Positions 7,931 to 15,581 of a DNA stretch of 33,901 nucleotides are shown here, one piece after another. Position 1 is the stretch's first letter; the number at the start of each line of letters is the position of its first letter. The translations under genes and the position numbers were made by a program. The notes below the pieces were generated by a model. It ran no database searches and was not told the origin of the DNA. It saw nothing but the letters and a program-made list of their open reading frames with translations. This DNA is from a virus (Duplodnaviria > Caudoviricetes): positions 1 to 33,901 of IMG/VR virus record IMGVR_UViG_3300030376_006603; one strand, written 5' to 3'.

Positions 7931-8596
7931 TTAAATTTCTTTTTCCTTTCGGTAATATATGGTAACTTCTATATCGTCTTTTTTAGTAATTCCTATCCAA
8001 TATATATAATGATTTTTGTATGTATTCAGCCATTTATCTATATTTTCAATATTACATTTATAATTTGACAATAATGATTTTATCTTGGATTTGTAATCAT
8101 TTATTTTATATGAATTAATAAGAAAATGATACGAATTCAATATGTAACTATGTGTTTGATCATATTTTTCATATACCCCTGTTTCATCTTTTATATCGAA
8201 TAAAGTGTAAAATAATGATGATTTATCGCGTCCTATAAAAGTGTCTAATTCATACTTTTTAAACTTTTCGATGAATTCATAATGACGAATTGAATATTTA
8301 TCCTTACGTTTTTCCATACCATATATCATCTCATTAAATTTAGATGTAATATATAGTTTCGAAACAGATGTAGTTTTATCAATACCATAAATTATTTCGA
8401 GTTTATCCATTGATTTAAACAAATCATTATAGATAAATACCAATTTATCATCAACATCATGTTTTTTGAAAATATTTTCGACAGTTATATCATTATCTAT
8501 ATTATTTGTATAAGCATATGTGATTCTGTTATTATTGTATAGGGTTGAACGTGTAAATTTTATTGAACGTTCGACAATGACAGATTCTCCATGCAT
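7931..8596 (-). CDS. hypothetical protein, compositionally foreign (very AT-rich)
   Basis: 221-aa ORF rich in K/N/Y/I; no motif recognised. Confidence 0.75.
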   Translation of the reverse strand: MHGESVIVERSIKFTRSTLYNNNRITYAYTNNIDNDITVENIFKKHDVDDKLVFIYNDLFKSMDKLEIIYGIDKTTSVSKLYITSKFNEMIYGMEKRKDKYSIRHYEFIEKFKKYELDTFIGRDKSSLFYTLFDIKDETGVYEKYDQTHSYILNSYHFLINSYKINDYKSKIKSLLSNYKCNIENIDKWLNTYKNHYIYWIGITKKDDIEVTIYYRKEKEI

Positions 8597-8611
8597 TCTA
8601 AATATATAAGG

Positions 8612-8920
8612 TTATTCAATTGGCTTCCTCGCTAGATGCGTAGAAGAAATATTATATTCTTTTGAATGCTTATTACTCTTAGCTATAGATGTAAAGGTAA
8701 GACTGTCTTGGGGTGCAGCAGGACCACCGTAGCCACTATCTTCATCGATCATGTTTAGCATTTTCTCCAGTTGATACTTGGTAAGAGTGACCTTTACTGG
8801 AATTTCTTTTTGTCTGTTGTAAGTCACAACGAATTCTTCATTAAAAATAATTTTATCTTTTTTAAGATAAATTAAAGTAGCGGCAGTCGCAATTCCTGCG
8901 GATAGTAATATGTATTTCAT
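8612..8920 (-). CDS. hypothetical protein with N-terminal hydrophobic segment
   Basis: MKYILLSAGIATAATLIYL; TAATG coupling. Confidence 0.75.
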   Translation of the reverse strand: MKYILLSAGIATAATLIYLKKDKIIFNEEFVVTYNRQKEIPVKVTLTKYQLEKMLNMIDEDSGYGGPAAPQDSLTFTSIAKSNKHSKEYNISSTHLARKPIE

Positions 8921-9156
8921 TAGTCTATTAGTAATTCTACTATTTCTTCGTCTGTGAACCTTTCGGGGTATTCAGATGCTTCAATCAGTAAATTAAGTTT
9001 TTCTTGTTCGCATTTATCCTCAACGGTGTCTTCTATTATAGTATTATAATCTATTTGATCCTCAATAAAATATAAAAATATTTGGACAAATACAAATACT
9101 AAAAGGCCGAATAGAATACCTACTGTGAAAGCTTTTAAAAACTCTTTCTTAGACAT
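8920..9156 (-). CDS. single-pass membrane protein with acidic tail
   Basis: AFTVGILFGLLVFVFVQIFLYFI hydrophobic run. Confidence 0.75.
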   Translation of the reverse strand: MSKKEFLKAFTVGILFGLLVFVFVQIFLYFIEDQIDYNTIIEDTVEDKCEQEKLNLLIEASEYPERFTDEEIVELLID

Positions 9157-9466
9157 CTTTTACAAACTTGCCATCGACCATCTTGCCAGTTCTGTCTTTG
9201 ATTTCGTTGTATGCTTGCTCCAGACAAGTGGTAGGATCAAGATCCATCATTTTGGCAGCGATGATAATAGTCACAAGCATATCGCCAATACCATCAGCTA
9301 TTTCAGCATGATCATTGCCATGAAAATCATTCTTTACTGCCTCTATTGTTTCATTCAACTCTTCTTGAGTCTTATCTAATTGAGCCAAAGGATCTCCATC
9401 ATTGAAAATACCTCTCTCTTCTGCCCATTTTATGACATACAAACTTAATTCGTAAAACGATTTCAT
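9149..9466 (-). CDS. MazG-like nucleotide pyrophosphohydrolase
   Basis: WAEERGI...QLDKTQEELNE...ADGIGDMLVT...AYNEIKDRTGKMVDGKFVK (EExxE...DxxGD). Confidence 0.88.
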   Translation of the reverse strand: MKSFYELSLYVIKWAEERGIFNDGDPLAQLDKTQEELNETIEAVKNDFHGNDHAEIADGIGDMLVTIIIAAKMMDLDPTTCLEQAYNEIKDRTGKMVDGKFVKDV

Positions 9467-9768
9467 TAGTTATTATTATTGTTGTTCTTTTTTTGTTCCA
9501 TTCTTTGGATATGTTTATCCCAAATAGATTCTTCTTGAGGGGGAACTTGAAAGTCAGCACGTTGAAAATCTTTAGAGACACCAAAAATTCTCTTTAACCT
9601 TCTAGCCCGATGCGCTTCTACAGACTTCTTGTAGATTTGCAAGGGAAATATAACAAGGGAATTAAAAAAAGCACAAATCCCAATAAATATTGCCAAAAGC
9701 AAACCCACTGTCAATCCTGCCACTAGGCTAAATAAACCGTATCCTAATTTTGCGTAATCATATTTCAT
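9466..9768 (-). CDS. membrane protein
   Basis: Start MKYDYAK at 9768; long hydrophobic stretch followed by a basic tail. Confidence 0.7.
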   Translation of the reverse strand: MKYDYAKLGYGLFSLVAGLTVGLLLAIFIGICAFFNSLVIFPLQIYKKSVEAHRARRLKRIFGVSKDFQRADFQVPPQEESIWDKHIQRMEQKKNNNNNN

Positions 9769-9982
9769 AAACAACTGTGTAATTATCAGGTTTGATGCCA
9801 ACAACATTGAACTCAATGTATTCAGCAGCTTCGTCTACATTCATGCCAGACTTAGAAAAATAGTCAAGCATTTTTTTATGAGAATAAACAAGAAGCCCTC
9901 TTTGGTCAGTCCCAATGATGCAATCATCTAGGCCATCAAACTTTATAGCCTCCTCGCATAAATTAAATTCCTCTAATTCCAT
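9758..9982 (-). CDS. hypothetical phage protein
   Basis: FDGLDDCIIG...VYS...DEAAEYIEFNVVG pattern common in aquatic phages. Confidence 0.8.
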   Translation of the reverse strand: MELEEFNLCEEAIKFDGLDDCIIGTDQRGLLVYSHKKMLDYFSKSGMNVDEAAEYIEFNVVGIKPDNYTVVYEI

Positions 9983-10083
9983 ATAAAATAATTAGTCAGC
10001 ATGTAAAAACAATAAAGTAAAAAAGCTAAATAAACAAAAGATTCAAGTCTAGACATGTCGATTTTAATGGTAATGTTCGACAT
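9973..10083 (-). CDS. possible small membrane peptide (36 aa, not in ORF track)
   Basis: MSNITIKIDMSRLESFVYLAFLLYCFYMLTNYFIWN*; fills the gap between co-oriented genes. Confidence 0.45.
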   Translation of the reverse strand: MSNITIKIDMSRLESFVYLAFLLYCFYMLTNYFIWN

Positions 10084-10092
10084 GTATTACAT

Positions 10093-10326
10093 TCATGCGT
10101 TCACATTCGACGCATGTTCTTCAGGAAAATACCTGCGAAGACAATCCAAACGATCATCTGCATCAACCAAAAGTTCCAGAGCTTGCCTTGCATTCTTCCA
10201 GTAATCGTCTGTAGAATGATCGCCAATGCCTACGGCATGGTCAGATAGTAGATCAAGAGAAAGCAATGCCTTGTTTCTCTCCGCAATAGCTTCGCTATGA
10301 AGCATTTCATATAGGTTTTTTTTCAT
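10093..10326 (-). CDS. hypothetical phage protein
   Basis: 77-aa helical protein with VGIGDHS motif; ATGA overlap with the upstream ORF. Confidence 0.8.
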   Translation of the reverse strand: MKKNLYEMLHSEAIAERNKALLSLDLLSDHAVGIGDHSTDDYWKNARQALELLVDADDRLDCLRRYFPEEHASNVNA

Positions 10327-10454
10327 TTATTTTCTTCTTTTTTTCTTTGCTGCTCCTCAATAAAGCGTTCTTGTTGTGTATTAAGTCCTAAAAAACGGCA
10401 CACAAATAGAACAAAGGCTATCCAGGCGATAATAATAAATATCCATAGTAGCAT
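10323..10454 (-). CDS. small single-pass membrane protein (43 aa, not in ORF track)
   Basis: MLLWIFIIIAWIAFVLFVCRFLGLNTQQERFIEEQQRKKEENK*; starts 7 nt after a consensus -10. Confidence 0.7.
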   Translation of the reverse strand: MLLWIFIIIAWIAFVLFVCRFLGLNTQQERFIEEQQRKKEENK

Positions 10455-10461
10455 GGAGTCA

Positions 10462-10489
10462 ATTATACTTAGAATTAGAGTCGTGTCAA
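10462..10489 (-). promoter_or_regulatory. consensus sigma70 promoter
   Basis: TTGACA-16 nt-TATAAT-7 nt-ATG. Confidence 0.75.
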
Positions 10490-10517
10490 TAGATTTTTTC
10501 AAGAATCTAAATCATCC

Positions 10518-11054
10518 TCAAACACTCTCTATAGGTAGATCATATTCCTGATACGGAAGAATCCAATGTTCGCAATCTGCGATAAATATGTCTTGTAGAG
10601 TCACCATTGACATCAAATCTTTCCTACCTTTTCTCCTGTAACCTTTGTAAAGACACTCATTTACTTTTGTTACAGTGTCTCTTAAGTCGCATTTTTTCTT
10701 TGCCAACTGGTATAAATCAGAGTTTTTAACATGCAAAAAGAAGGCTCCTACATCAAAAGCGATCCAGACTGGAGTCCCACTTTCATTGCACCAACCAGTT
10801 TTGCCAGCTACATTCAAAAATTCTAAGAGTATTTTGCCTTCTCTTGTAGAGTTTTTTAAACCTTTTAGATCTACAGTCTCGCCCTCTACAACAAAGTCCA
10901 CATGTCCGATATCTTGGGCCTTACCTGTCTTTTTAATAGATAAACCCGCTGATAAACAAGAGTGGTGATACCTCCTCACAGACTCATCCATCAATTTTTT
11001 TGTATGAGCCACATGGCTTAAACCAGACAAGCCTTTAGCTTTATTAGATATCAT
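10518..11054 (-). CDS. PD-(D/E)XK-like nuclease, phage family
   Basis: GHVDFVV...VDLKG...LLEFLNVAGKTGW...WIAF. Confidence 0.65.
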   Translation of the reverse strand: MISNKAKGLSGLSHVAHTKKLMDESVRRYHHSCLSAGLSIKKTGKAQDIGHVDFVVEGETVDLKGLKNSTREGKILLEFLNVAGKTGWCNESGTPVWIAFDVGAFFLHVKNSDLYQLAKKKCDLRDTVTKVNECLYKGYRRKGRKDLMSMVTLQDIFIADCEHWILPYQEYDLPIESV

Positions 11055-11061
11055 GAGTTGT

Positions 11062-11089
11062 ATTGTAACATTAAATTAATTTAAGTCAA
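11062..11089 (-). promoter_or_regulatory. sigma70-like promoter with extended -10
   Basis: TTGACT-16 nt (ending TGT)-TACAAT-7 nt-ATG. Confidence 0.65.
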
Positions 11090-11102
11090 GTAAATATACA
11101 GC

Positions 11103-11130
11103 AAAACCCCCTACCCATAAGGAAGGGGGT
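11103..11130 (-). terminator. rho-independent terminator
   Basis: ACCCCCT...AGGGGGT stem followed by a T-run on the minus strand, downstream of the 11163-11345 gene. Confidence 0.7.
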
Positions 11131-11162
11131 GTCTAGAGATTAATCTAAAAATAACCCGTAGA

Positions 11163-11345
11163 CTATTTCTGCTTGGCTTTCCCGATATTTAACGCAGCCC
11201 AATCAATTATAGAATAGATTTTGGACCAAATCGTCCCCTCTTTAGGAGTTGGGGTGGCAGCAGCGATTGCAGACGCAAAAGCAATACCAGCAGTCACTAC
11301 ACCAAACCAAGGGTTATCTTGAACTAGTTGAAGAATGATATCCAT
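11163..11345 (-). CDS. small membrane protein, possibly holin-like
   Basis: MDIILQL...GVVTAGIAFASAIAAATPTPK...IDWAALNIGKAK; GTGTAA motif 8 nt upstream of the ATG. Confidence 0.7.
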   Translation of the reverse strand: MDIILQLVQDNPWFGVVTAGIAFASAIAAATPTPKEGTIWSKIYSIIDWAALNIGKAKQK

Positions 11346-11382
11346 ACTATTATTTACACTATTAAGCATGATTATGAAGTGA

Positions 11383-12132
11383 TTAGTTTTCTCTTATCTC
11401 ATTATTGTATGACCTAGCACAGTCAATAATAGACAAAAAACTGCCGTATTTTTCAGAAGTTTTGACTAATGCAGAAGTATCTTTTGGAAAGCAATGACCC
11501 CCAAAACCTCTTTGATCTGTAATAAATGAATGACTTTCTCCTATACGATTATCAGCAGTTGTATGCTTTCTAACTTCTTCGTAATCTATATTCATTTTAT
11601 CGCACAAATCATAGAGCTGATTAAAGAATGAGACTTTTAGTGCTAAAAAATTATTTTTAGCATATTTTGTCATTATTAACGATTCTGGATCAGACTCTAC
11701 ACATTCTAGAAATCTAAATATTTTTGACCAGAACTCAAACCCCTCACCGCCAATAAGGATAGACTTCATGCTATCAATATCTTGCTCCCAAGAATCCTGC
11801 CTTAAGAATTCTGGGCTAAAGCTTATATTGTGATTAGGGAATAGATCCGTTAACTCTCGCCATCCTTCTAAACAGATAGTGCTTTTAATTAAGATGGGAA
11901 CATCTGGACTCTCGTTAATCACATCTTTAACATGCCCCATATAACAAGAACCGTCCTCTTGTTGGGGAGTAGCGACACAAATAACAACTGCGTCTGTGTC
12001 GCTAGGTATCCCATTATTATATGTGAGAAACGCTGGGTCACTTATTGTGACACCGCACTCTTGATCATTATCAGTAATTAATTTCTCGTAAGCCTTACCT
12101 ACAAACCCATATCCTGCGATTGTTATGTTCAT
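11383..12132 (-). CDS. UDP-glucose/GDP-mannose dehydrogenase family, short form lacking the C-terminal domain
   Basis: GYGFVG, ICVATP, IKST, SPEFLR, KYAKNNFLALKVSFFN, GFGGHCFPKD (catalytic Cys); 249 aa. Confidence 0.92.
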   Translation of the reverse strand: MNITIAGYGFVGKAYEKLITDNDQECGVTISDPAFLTYNNGIPSDTDAVVICVATPQQEDGSCYMGHVKDVINESPDVPILIKSTICLEGWRELTDLFPNHNISFSPEFLRQDSWEQDIDSMKSILIGGEGFEFWSKIFRFLECVESDPESLIMTKYAKNNFLALKVSFFNQLYDLCDKMNIDYEEVRKHTTADNRIGESHSFITDQRGFGGHCFPKDTSALVKTSEKYGSFLSIIDCARSYNNEIREN

Positions 12133-12139
12133 ATATTTT

Positions 12140-12637
12140 TTAACTAAATTCGTTCAAGTCTTCGTTTTTTATCTCCCAATTATCTGCTCTCAAAGGGAAA
12201 GGCTCTCTACCTCTCATGCGAACCGTCCCTTTAGGATAGAAAGATGCCCTCTTTTTAAAATCTTTTTTAGAAACCCAACCACAGATAGAGAGGTTTTTCT
12301 TTTTGGTATTCAAAGAAGTAAAAATGTAAGCCTCTGATTTGTGTTTCAATTGCACATCAAAAACATTATTTATGTAAAAAGGTTTAGGATCTACAGTCCT
12401 ATTCATAGACTTTATATCAGCCTTCTGTCCTTTATACATTATATCATAACCACCATCAAACCCTTTAGGCTCAATCAAAGGTAGCTCTAAATATTGCCTC
12501 ACCATATTTTCGGAAAGTATCCCAATAAATTGTTCTTTGGGACTCCCATCATCTTTGCCTCTTTGCCCGAAGTTATTTTCTTCTACTAATTTTTTACTAT
12601 AATCGTAAATTTCTTTCTTGATAGGTAACGTTATCAT
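12140..12637 (-). CDS. PD-(D/E)XK restriction-endonuclease-like protein
   Basis: GILSENMV...FDGGYDI...ADIKSM...YIF...ICGW. Confidence 0.6.
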   Translation of the reverse strand: MITLPIKKEIYDYSKKLVEENNFGQRGKDDGSPKEQFIGILSENMVRQYLELPLIEPKGFDGGYDIMYKGQKADIKSMNRTVDPKPFYINNVFDVQLKHKSEAYIFTSLNTKKKNLSICGWVSKKDFKKRASFYPKGTVRMRGREPFPLRADNWEIKNEDLNEFS

Positions 12638-13632
12638 TTATTAATCGAATTAAAGTCTGCTTCAGTAACCGTATAGTTTGTTGATACACCCGCCTGTATA
12701 TCAGCGGTCGTAATCATAGCGTTAATATCTGAAATATAATCTGCCACAGGGGTTCCACCTCCTGCACCGCCATATGTCCAGACAGTCACAAGCACAAGCT
12801 CGCCGTCAAAAACTAAAAATGCAGGGTTGCCACTGTCACCTCCAATTTTGTTCTCATGGAAAATACGTCTTTTAGAATCTGTAGGTGTTCGCATTCGACC
12901 ACCAGCACTCCAATCTATGATGAGAGCCTTTTCTTCTTGGTCCAACCCAAGGCAAGGTATCTTGATTTTAGATGTATTATCTAAATAACTCTTGTAATTG
13001 CTAGGCATTACAGAGCAAGGCTTTATCGTGGAGGGCAGGTCACTGTCCAAAGTATAGATTGTTAAGTCTGGATAGTGAGGTTTATAGTCGGGGTGTCTAG
13101 CTTTTCCTGTCACGGTGCGGTCATGCACTGTGCCATTCTTCTCTACAAACCTAACTACTGCCCCGACAGAATACTCGTAGTGAGCGGCTCCTATAACGTG
13201 TCTTGGAGTTAATAGTGTTCCTGCTTTCTTATGGCCCCCACTACTATTCCACGGAGACAAGCATGTAATATCTAAGTCTGCACACCATAAATCTTCGTTT
13301 CTCATATAACCAGAAGTTGCATGATCTTGAGAGATGTATACCTTACCGTTGACCTCCATACTCATGGACTCATTTAGTAGGTCATCAATTTGTTTGGAAC
13401 AATGAAGAGCAAAGGAAAATGGCTGACTAGTCGAACCGATACCAACGCTGGTCGAACCAATGCCGACACTCGTCGAACCGATGCCAACGCTCGTCGAACC
13501 GATACCGACGCTCGTCGAACCGATACCGACGCTCGTCGAACCGATACCGACTCTTGGATAAACGACTTCGTTAACCGCTTTCTTGTAACTTTTAAGTAAG
13601 TTAATTATTTTTTTTATAAATCCAAAAAACAT
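12634..13632 (-). CDS. trypsin-like serine protease with N-terminal VGIGSTS repeats
   Basis: GTLLTPRHVIGAAH (His), PDLTI (Asp), GGDSGNP (Ser). Confidence 0.8.
   Translation of the reverse strand: MFFGFIKKIINLLKSYKKAVNEVVYPRVGIGSTSVGIGSTSVGIGSTSVGIGSTSVGIGSTSVGIGSTSQPFSFALHCSKQIDDLLNESMSMEVNGKVYISQDHATSGYMRNEDLWCADLDITCLSPWNSSGGHKKAGTLLTPRHVIGAAHYEYSVGAVVRFVEKNGTVHDRTVTGKARHPDYKPHYPDLTIYTLDSDLPSTIKPCSVMPSNYKSYLDNTSKIKIPCLGLDQEEKALIIDWSAGGRMRTPTDSKRRIFHENKIGGDSGNPAFLVFDGELVLVTVWTYGGAGGGTPVADYISDINAMITTADIQAGVSTNYTVTEADFNSINK
13426..13551. repeat. 6 x 21-bp coding tandem repeat (VGIGSTS)
   Basis: Units such as GCTCGTCGAACCGATACCGAC; three identical, three with synonymous changes only. Confidence 0.97.
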
Positions 13633-13635
13633 TTT

Positions 13636-13932
13636 TTAATTATTTAATATAACATATTGTGGTGCGATTTCACAAATTTCTTCGCAAAGACTTTCTACCT
13701 CCCTTTTTTTCATTTTGCGAGATAATTTTTTTAGTTTAGTTACTTCCGAACAGAATTTTTCGTATTCTTCTGTTTGAAAAACATTTTCTTTTGTTTTACT
13801 ATCGTAGATAAAGGTATCGAAAGTTTCATACCTTGTTGGATCAATACATCTTTCGATAGGATCAAAGACGGAACTACCGACAACCCAATTGAAAATGTCA
13901 TACCTATTAACCTCGATGTTAAATTTATTCAT
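13636..13932 (-). CDS. hypothetical protein
   Basis: 98-aa ORF from ATG 13932, 5 nt after a TATAAT. Confidence 0.75.
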   Translation of the reverse strand: MNKFNIEVNRYDIFNWVVGSSVFDPIERCIDPTRYETFDTFIYDSKTKENVFQTEEYEKFCSEVTKLKKLSRKMKKREVESLCEEICEIAPQYVILNN

Positions 13933-13937
13933 CAAGT

Positions 13938-13965
13938 ATTATACAGCAAGGTAGGGATATGTCTA
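13938..13965 (-). promoter_or_regulatory. sigma70-like promoter
   Basis: TAGACA-16 nt-TATAAT-5 nt-ATG. Confidence 0.6.
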
Positions 13966-14586
13966 CTGGACTATTCTGATTCTACTTCTTATTTTAGAAA
14001 CATGACGTTTCTTTTCTAAGACAGAACCACCCTCCCTGCTTCCAGCTCCATTTGTATTACCTTCGATAGTAACTACATAACCACTTGAGTCGATATCTTT
14101 AACAGCTAGACCTATATGAGAGAATGAAAAAACAACAATGTCACCAGCTTTTATGTCCTCATTGCTTGGCTTGCGGAGATCTACCCCTTTGCCGTCCTGT
14201 TGTTTAGCCCAATTTTCGAAGTCCCAAGCCCCCGCAGTTCTAGGACGTTTGAAAGAAACATCTTCTCCTTCTATAGCTTCTCTGACCAACCAACAAATAA
14301 AAGCGGCACACCAAGGCCAACCTTTATCTGCATCTAACCAAGTAGCAGCTTTATATTGATCAACTCTAGGACCGCAATTGCTACCATCTACTTCTGAAAC
14401 ACCTATTTCTCCTCTCGCCAAAGAAACCATTTTTTCTGCAATATCTCCTTTGGGAGTTGTTTCATTCTTAGTGGATATTCGAGCTAATATAGCATTCCAA
14501 GTTACAGGCCCATCGACACCATCAGCAGAAACACCAAGGAGTTTTTGAACAGCTTTTACAACTTCTTTTTTACCTTTAAAATTCAT
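13963..14586 (-). CDS. endolysin: peptidoglycan-binding domain plus CHAP amidase/peptidase
   Basis: VKAVQKLLGVSADGVDGPVTW (PG-binding), PWCAAFI (Cys), SHIGL (His), TIEGNT; start MNFKG, TAATG-coupled to the upstream gene. Confidence 0.9.
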   Translation of the reverse strand: MNFKGKKEVVKAVQKLLGVSADGVDGPVTWNAILARISTKNETTPKGDIAEKMVSLARGEIGVSEVDGSNCGPRVDQYKAATWLDADKGWPWCAAFICWLVREAIEGEDVSFKRPRTAGAWDFENWAKQQDGKGVDLRKPSNEDIKAGDIVVFSFSHIGLAVKDIDSSGYVVTIEGNTNGAGSREGGSVLEKKRHVSKIRSRIRIVQ

Positions 14587-15191
14587 TACGCACATTTTCT
14601 ACTAAATCCAGTACATATCGACATTACAACACATAATACGATAGCCAAGATCATAAAATCTCTATAAGTCGAAATTTCATTATTTAAAATTTCAGATTGA
14701 GCTTCATTATAATACATTTTTATATCCATTATTTGATTAATAGCGTCAATCGTGGGGTCGGTCATCTCATACATTACAGGAACTGAAGCTTTAATTTTAT
14801 CTACCTCACCAGCTTGACCCCATTTAATTAACTTATCTACATACAAAGTTATTTTTTCTTCTTGATCAAAAACAAATTGAGCGAATTCTTTTTCTTCAAA
14901 AGTAACATTTTTTTTATAATCTTTTAGAAGTTTATCTTTATTAGCCCTTTCTTCTTCTAAAACATCCACCATTTCTAAAGGAGTAATGACTCCATGAGAA
15001 GTTTTAACTACGGAATCGACTATAATTACTCCATACCAATCGAAACACATCCCTATTTCCATAATAGAAGACTCCGATTGCCTAGCATTTTCTTTTAAGG
15101 TTGATTCGATATTCTCCGTAAGAATTAAACCTTTCCAAGCAAAGCAAAGGGAAATAGCAGCTAAACAGTAAACTATAAATTTAGGTCTCAT
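14586..15191 (-). CDS. two-TM membrane protein with chemoreceptor-type four-helix-bundle periplasmic domain, no cytoplasmic output domain
   Basis: TM1 FIVYCLAAISLCFAW, TM2 FMILAIVLCVVMSICTGF, about 155 helical residues between them; DWYGVIIVD...HG, Y.....EEK and MY...DP motifs recall 4HB_MCP/Tar-type sensors. Confidence 0.7.
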   Translation of the reverse strand: MRPKFIVYCLAAISLCFAWKGLILTENIESTLKENARQSESSIMEIGMCFDWYGVIIVDSVVKTSHGVITPLEMVDVLEEERANKDKLLKDYKKNVTFEEKEFAQFVFDQEEKITLYVDKLIKWGQAGEVDKIKASVPVMYEMTDPTIDAINQIMDIKMYYNEAQSEILNNEISTYRDFMILAIVLCVVMSICTGFSRKCA

Positions 15192-15505
15192 CTTTTAATA
15201 AATTTCGCTGGGTTTTTAGCGAATTTTTCTCCTAGACGCACAATTCCAGCAATTATTTCAGGGCTAATTACACCAATAATACCATAAGTAACTGCTTTCG
15301 TAAGAGAGGATACATCTGTTTGCTCTAAAACAAACCAAGCAATACCAGCAGATATGGCTGCTGTTAATACTCTTTTTAATTGTTGTTTAATCGATAATCC
15401 ATTATCACCAGACAAAAGTCTAGCAAACATAGCTGCCGCACCGACTAGAGGCACTAACCATCCCCCATTTAAAAACTCTTTTAAAATAGACTTTTCAGGT
15501 TCCAT
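15188..15505 (-). CDS. putative holin
   Basis: 105 aa, 2-3 hydrophobic segments, basic C-terminus, first gene of the unit ending in the endolysin. Confidence 0.65.
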   Translation of the reverse strand: MEPEKSILKEFLNGGWLVPLVGAAAMFARLLSGDNGLSIKQQLKRVLTAAISAGIAWFVLEQTDVSSLTKAVTYGIIGVISPEIIAGIVRLGEKFAKNPAKFIKR

Positions 15506-15515
15506 GTTTAATTAA

Positions 15516-15521
15516 TTACAC
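15516..15521 (-). promoter_or_regulatory. GTGTAA putative late-promoter motif
   Basis: 10 nt upstream of the holin ATG and directly downstream of a terminator; same motif precedes three other late-type genes. Confidence 0.5.
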
Positions 15522-15528
15522 GGAATAT

Positions 15529-15557
15529 AAAAAAAGCCCCCCTTTCGGGAGGCTTTT
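15529..15557. terminator. rho-independent terminator (bidirectional shape)
   Basis: AAAAAAAGCCCCCC-TTTC-GGGAGGCTTTT downstream of the beta-barrel gene. Confidence 0.85.
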
Positions 15558-15581
15558 AATAACAATTTTTTTAATCTGTTA

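Noticed and set aside
13426-13551. 21-bp repeats as a CRISPR array
   Set aside because: Units are contiguous with no spacers, are in frame, and vary only synonymously; no cas genes are present.
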